DNA of 64,000 nt from Adineta vaga (taxonomy: Eukaryota > Animalia > Rotifera), in the NCBI GenBank assembly GCA_021613535.1, contig CP075497.1:13082001-13146000 (forward strand), given 5' to 3'. A program made the translations under genes and the position numbers. Numbering within the stretch: position 1 is the stretch's first letter; every line of letters starts with the position of its first letter. Below the pieces are notes generated by a model that was not told where the DNA came from, did not search any database, and saw only the letters and a list, made by a program, of their open reading frames with translations. Of the stretch, positions 1 through 12,005 are shown in pieces.

Positions 1-2423
1 TTTTTTTTAAATCAACTATCGTCTAACTATATTTCTATCTAAATATATCATGACTGCATACTCATATATAAAGAAAAGTATAGATCCCTATATCACTGTA
101 TAGTGTCAAACGATATTATAAAAATATAAATTTGTACGACAGAAGTAATTTTATTAATGATTTTCTTTTCTCATACGATGCTATAAAACAATACTCGTTC
201 GAACAAAACGAGTAAATTATCACATAACTATATCACTTGGGTGACCACAAAAAAAAGATATGTGAATTAAAATAATAAACTTCTGTATGATTACATTCTC
301 TTCAATAATACTATAAAGAACATTCATTTATCTTAAATAAGTAAAACCTCATGCGATTATATTCTGCTCGTAAATAGCATAAAAGTAGTTCATTCGCATC
401 AAATGAATAAACTTTCATAACATTATACTCTATTCGAGAATGGCATAAAAATAATTCATTGTGACGGATTCCATAAATTGCCACATGAATATATTCTTCT
501 TGCAGATACTATAAGACAATTCACTTAAATAAGCTAAACAAAGTTTTATATACTTATATTCTCTTCAACACCAGTATAGAAGAAATATTTACTTAAAAAA
601 AATAAATCAAAATTCATTTTACCATGTTCTTTTCATCAATAATAAAAATACTTTGTTTACATGAAATAAATACACTTCCACATCATTATGTTCTTTCCAA
701 ACGTACCATATAATAATCCACATCAGTATGAACAAAATAAAATCCTGAATTATTATATTATCTCTGACGGTGCTGCAAAGAAAACCCGTTTCAATAATGA
801 ATAACATTACAAACGAATGTATTGTCCTCGAAGACGCTATTAAAACATTTATTTAAAGTAAATACAAAACTTCCATATTATCAAATTCTCTCCAACCACA
901 ACCTACAAAAATATCCATTTAAATGGAATAAATACAACTTCGTATTATCATCTTCTATCGATGAATACCATCAAATAATGCTTATCAATAACAAGTAAAT
1001 GAAAGGAAATATCATCGCATCGTATCCAACGATACTACGGGAAACAAAACCGTTTGAGTGCAGAAAATAAAGTTTGGTACAATAAAATCAACTTTTCCAA
1101 TAGCGTACAACTATTAATTTTAATCCAATAACTAATATTTTCTCCAACTATACTCTCTCCAACGACTCTAGAAAAGAAGCATTATTCGAACTCAATAAAG
1201 AAACCTAAGACAAAACTTCAATACTATCAACCTTCTGCATCATACTACTGAAATACTTATTCCAAATCATTATATGTAAACATATCATTCGAACTATACC
1301 AATTTCAAGGTAGATTACTCCCATAACGTATGAAACAACATCTATACAACAAATGCAAGTTATCGATTTCGTCAGCACATTTGATCTTACACTCAAATAA
1401 CCGATTCATATTCCACGCACTGTTTAACAAATACGGAAAAAGTGAGGGATCTATGTATCCACTGATGCATGTTTCGCCCTACCCCACACTGAGCGATATG
1501 AATAGTTGAATTCAAGTTTCAAGTATTACACATGTGCATATGGAGAGAAAAAATATGTGTTTGAATATAAGAAGCATTCTTTTTCAAACTATATCTGAAA
1601 AACCCAATCCGTAGTCAAATCGTTAAAATTTTTGTGAAACCAATCGATTTTCTGTATGAATTGCTTTTAGCCATTTCGGTTTATCTCCAGCTGTCATTTT
1701 GATTCATCTAACAGGATTTTTCTATGAATCAGTTTAATTGAAGAAACAAAAACAAATAATATTATGTGCGGAATAGGGTGTGGGTGAAGATGTCCTATAT
1801 TGACTCACACTCACCCTTGATGTGCCGTTCTGTGACGGAATGTCATGGCCACTGTCAATAGATCAATATGAGTTAGACTCTGGATGCAGTCCTACATGTT
1901 TCATGTTGAAAAGTAGATATTTTTCTGTAAAGCCTTCAGTAATATCCCCAAAAATGTCCGTTCGAATGTTACAAATATATTACATTAATATATTCGTTTG
2001 CTTAATTTTGCTCATGTGTATATATAGACTTTCGGTTATGTCAGCAAGCGACAGCGTTCTTTCTAGTTTTCTATTGGCGGATTAGCGAATCCAACAAGAA
2101 AGAAGAAAAATCACACATGGTCAGAACTACATTTTATGTTTGGTACGTATTAACTTTAGACACAAACGTCTTGTTTTTACTAGAAAATTTAATTGATATT
2201 TAATACATTTTCGAGAAACAAATTAATAATCTATCGTGGATGTGGGTATGTTTCATTGACCATTAGATCCAAACCCATCCTCACTGGTCTAGTTATCGGA
2301 TAGTTTTGAAGTTTCGAGTGAGTCGTACATAGAATCTATTTATTGTTCTCATCTAAAGATATTCTCAACAAAATATGTTATTCTTCAGTGGTGTCACTTT
2401 TTTGTCTGTGTTTTAGATTGAAA

Positions 2424-3518
2424 ATGTCAGAGACACTGCACAGTGGAATTGAGTTCTTCTCCGTTGAACTATGGCGAGAAGTTTTTGATTATTTCAATTC
2501 AAATGATTTATGGTACTCATTTCGTGATTTGAATAAAAGAATTAATGAAATCATTGATCAGACAATGTTACATTTAGATTTTGCAAAGCATGAGAATTAT
2601 GATTATTATATGAAAAATATTTTACCATCAATAAATGGGGCTAATATTCGATCATTAAAATTACAAAACTTCAATGAAATAAAACATTTTTTCTCTATCT
2701 ATTCCCTTAATTCATTGATTCAACTTCGTTTACTATCATTAACTTTTATGAATTCTTTTAATGATAATTCATTTCAATTCTGGAATCAACTTTCATCTTT
2801 GAAATATTTACAATCATTGAAAATTATGTTTCGAGGCTATTCTGGGTGCGGTTATTGTATTGAAGAAAAGGAATATATTATTCGTTCGATATTTAATAAA
2901 GATTTTTGTCCCTTATTAAGATCTTTTAGTATCGAAGCTTGTAGTAGAAGAAGTTGGAAGTCCACAATTCCTTCGTTAATACCAACAACTAAAGCAACAC
3001 ATATGGAATATATGTCGATTGACTCGTTGGCTTTTATTGATTTAATTAAATTACTTCCTGCTCTACAAAATATTAAATCATTTCGCTCGGATCATGAATT
3101 AACTTATGATAATAAACAGCAGCAAAACATGACAATTCCAATGCCATTGCTGTGTAAGTGTATTCGACTGCATATACACTTATCAGAAGATATGACATTT
3201 GAACACATCGAATATTTATTAAAACATACACCAAATTTACAAGATTTATGTTTGCGGAGTTGGCATCATTTACTTAGTGCAAATAAATGGGAATCAATAC
3301 TATCAGTTCAATGTCCGAAATTGTTAAAACTTGAATTAATATGTACTGGACCCATTGGAGATGATTATTTTCATCAAGCATCAGATAATTTTCAACAAGA
3401 GTGTGCAATAATACCATTTTGGACTGAACGAAATGTTACAATTACAGATGATGAAGATCATTCGGCTCCTGATTATCGTTCTAATATTATAATTCGATTT
3501 AATATCGAAAAAAAGTGA
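2424..3518 (+). CDS. F-box/LRR protein (bdelloid-type)
   Basis: N-terminal F-box-like IEFFSVELWREVFDYFNSNDLWYSFRDLNKRINEII followed by LxxLxxLxL repeats. ATG at 2424 follows a ttttag acceptor; the end may continue via a GTGAGT donor near 3514. Confidence 0.8.
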   Translation: MSETLHSGIEFFSVELWREVFDYFNSNDLWYSFRDLNKRINEIIDQTMLHLDFAKHENYDYYMKNILPSINGANIRSLKLQNFNEIKHFFSIYSLNSLIQLRLLSLTFMNSFNDNSFQFWNQLSSLKYLQSLKIMFRGYSGCGYCIEEKEYIIRSIFNKDFCPLLRSFSIEACSRRSWKSTIPSLIPTTKATHMEYMSIDSLAFIDLIKLLPALQNIKSFRSDHELTYDNKQQQNMTIPMPLLCKCIRLHIHLSEDMTFEHIEYLLKHTPNLQDLCLRSWHHLLSANKWESILSVQCPKLLKLELICTGPIGDDYFHQASDNFQQECAIIPFWTERNVTITDDEDHSAPDYRSNIIIRFNIEKK

Positions 3519-4186
3519 GTTTCATGCAGAAAGTATTGTGAAGACAGAATCGAAAAATCAGGAGTGTCGTTTATTTAGCCAAGGAGATATATCATGGTCA
3601 AGATATTTTTGTCTGTTTTCTCTCCTTCTCACGACACATAGTTACCACAGTCATGTGTTCACTCATATTATTCGTATTCTTTAATGACGGAACTCACATC
3701 TCGTCAATTTAATACAGATTATAGACAAAATAATTAGTTTAACGATCTACAGCATCTCATAGATTGTTTTCGAAAGGTGCGATGTGGTAAAAAGATGAGC
3801 CTCATAGTGCTATCAATTCGGAGCTGCGAAGACTTTTTTATATGATATAACCAGGTATACTTCGAACCATAAAAAAAATAGTGCCTCCAAACAACTTCAA
3901 ATATGTTCTTATTTTTCTTCTTATTTTAGTTAAAACAACTAAATGAATAGAACGAAACAGTCAAATGACGTCCACACAACGTATGGAACCCTATAAACGA
4001 ACATTATTTTCCCACTGCTATTACTCTAAACTATCTTACTTTTTGTTAAAAGTTCGTCTTTCGTTTCTTTTGTTGTACTTTATTATCAAGCAAGCTATCA
4101 AATATCAGAAAACAAATACAAAGCAAGAAGAGAAAAAGTCAAGGGCGAAACGACTGACTTTGTGACTTAAGTCACTTAAATGACTT

Positions 4187-4292
4187 GGGTGTGGGTGTGG
4201 GTGTGGGTGTGGGTGTGGTGGTGTGGGTGTGGGTGCAGAAGAGAGACATCCTCACCACACCCACACCCACACCCACACCCACCCTCAAGATG
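4187..4292. repeat. Inverted telomeric-repeat unit (GGGTGT)n-spacer-(ACACCC)n-CTCAAGATG
   Basis: Read directly from sequence; 14-nt spacer CAGAAGAGAGACAT. Confidence 0.95.
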
Positions 4293-4564
4293 TTGAAGTG
4301 TCGAACGAAACTCTTTATCCATATGATACAGATTCGTATTTAAAATAGAAATAAGAAAAAACTTACTTTGCTAATTTCACATATAGATTTTGTTTAGCTT
4401 TGTGTTGATCAAATGTTATAACTGTTTATTTAGGTTATTTTTCTCAGCTATTTGGATGAGCGTGCGCAAACATCTCGTCACACCCTCAAAATAAATTTTA
4501 TCATTTCTGAAATTAACAAAAAACTTTGAGATTTTCATGCAGAGTTCATGTCAATCAATTCTTA

Positions 4565-6072
4565 TTAAATCGAAACGATTCGATTATTTCCATGATCTGC
4601 AACATACAGATTTCCTTGCAAATCAAATGATAAACCAGTAGGATAATTCAATTGATTTGAAGTCTTTCCTCGTCCATTTCCTCCAACAATAATTGAACCT
4701 TCTCCATCTCCTCCACACCATCCCATTATTCGGTGATTGATACAATCTGCCACATAGATCTGATTGCATTCATCAACAAATAATCCTTGCGGTTGATCCA
4801 ATTGATTGAGATTGTTTCCTTGATCATTTCCACCAGCAATTAATTTTCCTTCTTTGTTGTCATTATAAATCTTCTTTAAGTTCCATCTTCTTACTTCATT
4901 TTCCTCATCATCAGAAACATAAAGATATCCGTCTTGATCCATTGTTAAACTCCAACAACAAATATTTTGAATGAGAATCTCTTGTTTTTGATCGTGTGAC
5001 CATCGCACTACTCGTTTATTTGAATGATCAGCAATGATGATGGAATGATTTTCTTGATCAACAATCACACCTGTTGGATGATTAATTTGATCCATTCGAT
5101 TTCTCCAACCATTGCCATCTGCAATGATTTGTCGTTGTTTTTCTCCACATTTCCATTGAACAATACGATTATTTTCCCAATCCGAAATGAAAACTGTTTT
5201 ATTTTTATCAACAAAGATTCCATACGGATTATAGAATTGATTTAGTTGATTTCCACATCTATTTCCTCCTGCAAGTATCGTTCCATATTGTTGAAATTTG
5301 CTTTCTAAACGAAGAAAAGCACTTAATTTGAGAAAATTTCCTAAATTTTTGTTTTCTTGTTAAATTTGATAAATGTTCAGTTGATGATGGAATTGAAATT
5401 GCTATGAAAAGGTGAAACAAATGTAAGATAATGTGATGCTGTTTCTCCTAAATGAATAATTGTTAAATTTTCTCCAGTTTCCATTGTACTAACAATTTGA
5501 AAGTAAGTTCCTAGAAGAAGAATAATTTCATTTTCATCTTGAAAATATGAATGAGATCGAATTAATTTTCCATTTTGACATTCAATGTTAAATATTGTTT
5601 GTTGATTATTTATCCCAAGTAATTCTTTCGTAAATTCAATATTTCCTGTACATGAACTGATTCCCCACCAGAACAGATTTTCATTATCATATTCATCAAC
5701 TAAATTACTACGAGCAGCACGATAAATAATTCCTTTAAATGAAGGAAGTTTAAATAAAGCAGTACAAAATAATTTTAGAAAAAAGAAACCATAAAACTAA
5801 TTGATTTCGATTTTTGATCGAAGATTTTCATTTAACAGAGTAGATAAACTTTTATGTGGGCGAGGCCATTGCATTGTATATAAATTAATTGAAGTTGATT
5901 CATCTTGTGTTAAACCATCATTTGGTTTTTGACAATTTAATTTTGCAATTTCAACTATTGAATCATAGTTATGAATAAATGATTTGACTGGTTTAATTGC
6001 TTCTTCTAATGATACAAGTGGAATTAATATTCGATTTAGTTCTTGATCAGCATCAAGAAATCGTTCCGTCAT
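4565..6072 (-). pseudogene. ADP-ribosyltransferase + NHL-repeat protein, disrupted
   Basis: MTERFLDAD...GLTQDESTSINLYTMQW continues past TAG 5797 as LKLFCTALFKLPSFKGIIYRAA..WWGISSC..HSYFQDENEIILL (R-S-ExE-type ART). An NHL exon follows (AGGNRCGNQLNQFYNPYGIFVD; YVADHGNNRIV). Compensating frameshifts and a stop lie near 5780-5815. Confidence 0.8.
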
Positions 6073-7003
6073 TTTGAGTATTTTTTCGATCGTTTTGGTA
6101 TGTAAATAAAATTGTTCGACAAAGATTTTCTTCTTTTTCTTTTGTTTGATTCAATAACAAAAGAAAGAAGAATTCTTTCGTTTTTTTATTTCCCGAGTAT
6201 TTTGATTACATCCTTATAACTCTTTCAATAAAAAACTCACATTTGAATTGTATTGTCTCATCATCTGCAATCTTTCAAAACTTCTCATACAAAATAAATG
6301 ATTACAGTCTCAAGTTACATGGTTCACTAAATTTATTTATAAAAAACATGATTTTATTATTCTCTAGTTTTTTCCCAGCTCGATTTCTAAACAATCGTAG
6401 ATTGACAGACACAAATATAAAAGAGAAGAATGAGTAATGTACCCGTTATATTTTTCTATTTCTTTCGTCTGTCAACTTCTTTCAGTTTTTCCCTGTTGGA
6501 GAATAACTTTGCATTGTAACTCATAAGAAGTGAGTCAGTGGGGATTTTTGTGCGAAAAAACACAGTTGCTTACAGATAAAATAAATTGTTCGCTTACTAT
6601 AAATGTTATCAGAATTTTTTCCAAAAACTAATAATCAAAATGAAAGACAAAATACAAGATAGTGAAATATCTCTCACTCCTGCGATATCTGAGTCTGTGG
6701 ACAAGTCAATAATACACATGGTATCTCTTCAATGCATTAACGATAACAATCGTGTTATAGCGGCTAATCATAGTGGATTGGTGATAGAAAATTCAACTAA
6801 ATCAACTAAACAGAATGCTCAATGGTCAATTACTTATTATAATTATCTATGGATTTTGATTAATCATGCTAATTCAAGTAGTCTTATTTTCAATACAAGA
6901 AACAAGCATATTAGCGAACCATTGAAAGTGAATGATGGTCATCGTCGCTTGTTACTTCGAGTATCTTCCAAAACTTGTAAAGAAAACCAATTTGCGAGTT
7001 AAT

Positions 7004-7450
7004 GGGGAATTTGATTTTGCGGCAAATTCAAATAAATGTCAATATTATCTCCGCAAAATCGATAAAAATAAATCTTAAGATGAACATTAAATTCAAACTA
7101 AATACTGAATTATCTATTACATCAAGCAATTTCAGCAATGGACCATGTGTTAACGCCTAGACATTATAGAGGCGACGATTTCAACAGTGCAAGTGATATA
7201 ACGGTTTAAGTGATCTTAGCGGTCTAAGATGTATAGTTGTCTAAAAGATATAGCGGTCTTAGCGGTATATCCCTCTTAGACCGCTAAGACCGCTATATCT
7301 TTTAGACAACTACACATCTAAGACCGCTAAACCGCTATATGATCAATACTGTGGTATATAACTTAGCTAATATAATTTATGTAATTTTTTATTTTGTTAC
7401 AAATCAAGTATTTATTTCCAAAACTATTTTGCCGCAAAATCATATTCCCC
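7004..7450. mobile_element. Putative MITE with about 24-bp terminal inverted repeats
   Basis: GGGGAATTTGATTTTGCGGCAAA at 7004-7026 matches the reverse complement of TTTGCCGCAAAATCATATTCCCC at 7428-7450. No clear TSD. Confidence 0.5.
7216..7330. repeat. Near-perfect 51-bp-arm palindrome (hairpin)
   Basis: 7216-7266 and 7280-7330 are reverse complements with a few mismatches and a 13-nt loop; the arms are built from TAGCGGT sub-repeats. Confidence 0.9.
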
Positions 7451-7748
7451 AGCTTATGAAAAAAACTGCAATAGTTGAATATTACATGTATCTAAATGAA
7501 GCGCAAAAGAAAGCCGTAACACAACTTTTTCAAGGATAGAAATATATTTCGTTTTCGTCGGTAGGGAGTCATGTTACATGCATGTCTATAAAAACATGCC
7601 ATCACGTACTCTCTTCCATCTGCTGCGGTTAACTTTTAAATACGAATTTTTAGATATGCTTCTCGAATAAGCAAATTAAGATTCGTCTCTCGGGTGAAGA
7701 CATTGCTAATATATGACTAGTGCATTTTTATCAAATCTTGTCTTTCAG

Positions 7749-10709
7749 ATGAATACAGACAATAAAAATTTTGAAATATTTTCTCTTATATGGCTCGATG
7801 AGCATGTGAACAGCGAAGACACTCTAGATACAACACAAAAATTACGTTCTATTATCAATCATTTGTTAAAATTTCAAGATGTAAAACAATGTCAGAAATA
7901 TATTGAACAAACATAAAAAAAGATCGATTAATAATTATTGTTAATAATCAATTAGGACAAGAACTATTGCCATCAATTCATAATCTTCGACAAGTTATGT
8001 CAATCTATATTTATTGTATGGATAACAAGAGCAATGAACAATGGACTTGTAAGTTTGCAAAAGTATAAAGTTATATGATAAAAGACGAATTTGATATGAT
8101 GATTTTTTTTTCTTAGGTGAAAAGTGTTATGGTTGATCTTACAGAACTTGTCTCTCGCATTGCAGAAGATTATAAAATTCAAAAAAAGGTAGAAGAACCA
8201 TTATCAATCAATATTTTCACAACAAATATTAGCGGAGATAAATCAACAACAGGAATAAATGGTCAATTTGTTTTTTTTCAAATTCTCATTGATTGTCTCT
8301 TACGATTAGAATCTACTGAAACAGATAAAATTGAACTTATCAATCTTTTTAAAACTGAATATGAAGATAATCTTAGTGAATTAAATAATCTTCGTGAATT
8401 TGAAGAAGAATATTCATCAAATAAAGCATTATGGTGGTATACAAAAGAGTCATTCTTTTACAAAACTCTGAATGCAGCATTACGTACTCAAAATATTCAT
8501 ATTATCTTTTTATTTCGTGAGTTCATCTCAGATATGTATCTTTCATTGCAGCATGATCAAGCGAATAATCCTTTACAAGTTTATCGAAGTCAGCTGATAT
8601 CGAGCAATGAATTAGATTATTTAAAAAACAATGTGGGTCAATTCATTTCAATAAATTCATTCTTTTCTACTAGTACAGATCGCGCAACAGCTCTCTTCTT
8701 TTTGGATGATACAGCTTCATTGATTGATTTGAAATTGGTGGGAGTCTTATTCGAGATCGATGCTGATCCCCGACTGGTTAAGACAAAACCATTTGCTGAT
8801 ATCAGTAAATATAGTCATTTTGATAATGAATCAGAAGTACTTTTTATGATCGGTACAATTTTTCGTCTTAATGATATTAATTGTAATGATGATCATGTTT
8901 GGATTATTAAAATGAGTTTATGTAGTGATGATGAACATGCTTTGAAACCAGTTCTCTTGCGCATGAGACAACAAATTGGAAAGGGAAGAACAAATCTTCG
9001 AATATTAGGAAGGATATTATTGGACATGGGGAGATTTGATTTATCTGAAAAATATATTAAACGTTTATTAGATGAACGTGCATTGAATGGACATTTAATT
9101 TGCAGCTTATATGAAGATCTTGGTAAAATTGCTTCACAAAAAGGTGATAATGATATGAGCATTGAATGGTATCAAAAAGCTCTTGAAGTCCCAAAACCAA
9201 ATATATCAACTGGTATGTACAATATAACAAAGTAAACAAATAGTCAGATATCCTGCATCAGAATTCGAGTTAAAGTAAACCAATGATGGATCAAGTTAGA
9301 ACTCTAAGAGTTTTAACTAATGCATTATTCACAGAGAAACTTCAAATCCTTTGAAAAAACCCCAAAAATACTTGTACTAACGAAAAAATTAATTCTCTCC
9401 TCCATCTAGCAGAATTTTAATAGAATTATTAATAGATAAAGCACTAGTTAACAATTTTTCTAATGTTGGTACACCTGAAATTGAGGGTTAATGTGTAGAA
9501 TAGGTAGAACACATTGAGTTCTATCTATATCGATGATTAGTTTCGTTTAGACTTCTTTATCTGCGAACCACAAGGAATTTTCGTTAATATACAGGCTTTT
9601 CTATCGATTATATTTAAACCACGACTGAATCTGTTAGGCTTCCTTTTTTGACGAATTCAACCGAGAAAAACTGTAATTATAATCTAGATATCCTATGTAT
9701 AATACTTAATTCTTTTCTTTTAATTGAAGAACATTAAAACAAAGATATGATAAAATACATGAAATAAACAAATCAGTCTTACAAAAGAATCTTTTTTTAC
9801 TTTTCTTTCCATTTAGATACAAAATGGCGACAAAGAGGAACTCTCATTGCGGAAGGCAAGATTAGAGGACTGACATACGGTATTATCTCTTGTCCTTTAG
9901 GCATATGTAGTGATAATGATGAAAATATTTACATTGCTGATTATTTGAATCATCGTTTTATTGAATGGAAATCTAATGCCATAAATGGTCCAATTATTTT
10001 TGATGCGACTACAACAGCTGAAATGTATTATCCCAAGGATGTGATTATAGATAAAGAAAAGAATTCTTGGATCACTTCTGATTGGTATAACAGACGAGTA
10101 ATGCGATGGTCTCGGGAAAATAATACAAAAGAAGGAGAAATTCTCATTAAAAATATTAATTGTTATGGATTAGCAATGGACAAGGATGGATCTCTGTATG
10201 TGTCTGATTACAATAAGAATGAAGTGAGGCGATGGAAAAGAGGAGAAAACGATAAAGAAGGAATATTAGTAGCAGGTGGTAATGGAAAAGGAAATAATCT
10301 GAATGAACTCAATTCGCCTACTTTTATTTTCGTTGATGAAGATTATTCATTGTATGTATCAGATCAGAGAAATCATCGTGTAATGAAATGGTTAAAAGAT
10401 ACAAAAGAAGGAATCGTTGTTGCTGGTGGAAATACTAATCTGAATGGGTTTTCACAACTCTCCTGTCCTGCAGGAGTGATTGTTGATCAATTGGGTCAAA
10501 TCTATGTGGCAGATTCTTCCAGTAATAAAGTGACACGTTGGTGTGAAGGAACTGAGCAAGGAACGATTATTATTGATGAAGGCGGATTTGAACCATCGTC
10601 TAAGCTCGATCATCCCAGTCGTCTGTTATTTGATCGAGAAGGAAATCTTTATGTAGTTAATGGCGGAAATAATCAAATACTAAAATTTGAAATAAACTCT
10701 TCAAAATAA
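7749..10709 (+). CDS. Receiver-like N-domain + ADP-ribosyltransferase + TPR + NHL beta-propeller (one frameshift)
   Basis: Exons about 7749-8062, 8117-9212 and 9817-10709 splice in frame. ART motifs VYRSQ, FFSTS, DNESEVLF; two TPRs; NHL repeats. A single-base loss at about 7914 in an A-run gives TAA plus a frameshift. Confidence 0.8.
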
Positions 10710-11082
10710 GTTCATTGATTGGAAGAAATTTTTCATTTTCTTATTAATTCATTTCAATATTTGTAAAAGACAAGAATAAAATGCGTTGTGACAGTATAAA
10801 CATTTCCCTTTCAACTTCAAGATGGATCCATTGGATTCTGGCGAACGAGTGTTAAATTCATATAGTTCTATTTATCTTTTCTTTAGATAAGAAAGACATG
10901 AACATTTCATTTATTCTAACCAAATATACATTTACTTCGAACAAAAGTACTTCACATTTAGATTTCTATATATCATTTATTGCTCAAGGAGAATTGAGAT
11001 AAGGATTTTATTATTCATATGCCACAATAGAAGAATATAATATATACCGATACAGAGATTTCTTCGAAAGATTATTTTCAAT

Positions 11083-11535
11083 ATGGACACTAGAAGACGT
11101 AGAAATATTGAATCGACAACTTGGTTTGATAATTTACCTATAGAAATTCTTCTTACAATATTTGATTATTTATCTTCGAATGATATTATTTACACATTCT
11201 TATTCTTCAATATGAGATTTAACAATTTGATAATACAAAATCAACGTTATTTACATCATTTACAATTACCTTACAGAAACTTGACTACATGGGAAAATAT
11301 TCTTTCAGTTATTGGTTATCGAATAAAATTCTTAGATGTCAATACATTTGATTTCTTATTTTTATTAAAATATTTTCCAAATTTGAAATCATTTACTTTT
11401 TCTTCGGCGAATTATTTCTTGGAAGATCATTTAAAATTATTCATCGAAAGTAAACATTTTCAACAACTACATTCATTCAAAGTAGAAAAATATCAAATTC
11501 TTCTCAACCATTTATATTCTTGTGCCTCATTAAAC
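11083..11535 (+). pseudogene. F-box/LRR gene truncated at a telomeric-repeat unit
   Basis: FDNLPIEILLTIFDYLSSNDIIYTFLFFNMRFNNLI F-box and LRRs run directly into GGGTGT repeats at 11536; no continuation seen downstream. Confidence 0.75.
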
Positions 11536-11653
11536 GGGTGTGGGTGTGGATGTTGGTGGGTGTGGGTGTGGGTGTGAGTGTGGAGATACGTGATGAGAAT
11601 ATGTCACACCCACACTCACCGCCACCCACCCACACCCACACCCTCACCCTCAA
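11536..11653. repeat. Inverted telomeric-repeat unit
   Basis: G arm, spacer AGATACGTGATGAGAATATGT, C arm ending CCCTCAA. Confidence 0.95.
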
Positions 11654-12005
11654 CTGTTCAGATTTGAAAAAAAAAGTTAAAAATAATTTTTTCTCAAATC
11701 AAAAATTCGTTCAAAATGACGAATTTCCACTTCTATATATACATGTGCGTCGCCATTATTCAATTACAAACCTCCATATTGGAGAGTTGCTATTGGTACG
11801 CGTGCGGTACGTGAGTCACCGACGGTACGCGTACGGCATGCATACCGTACGCGTACTTAGAGCGAACCTATCGACATGGGTAGAAAAGAAAAGTCGATCG
11901 AGTCTGTAAACAATTTTAGGAATAAAAATATGGCGATGAAAAAAAGCTATACTTCCTTTATCACAGAGAGACGGCATCTTTTCACATAAGATATTTCTAT
12001 TTGCC

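Noticed and set aside
6586-7002. 138-aa ORF between the ART genes
   Set aside because: Non-ATG start, no motifs or splice support; probably chance.
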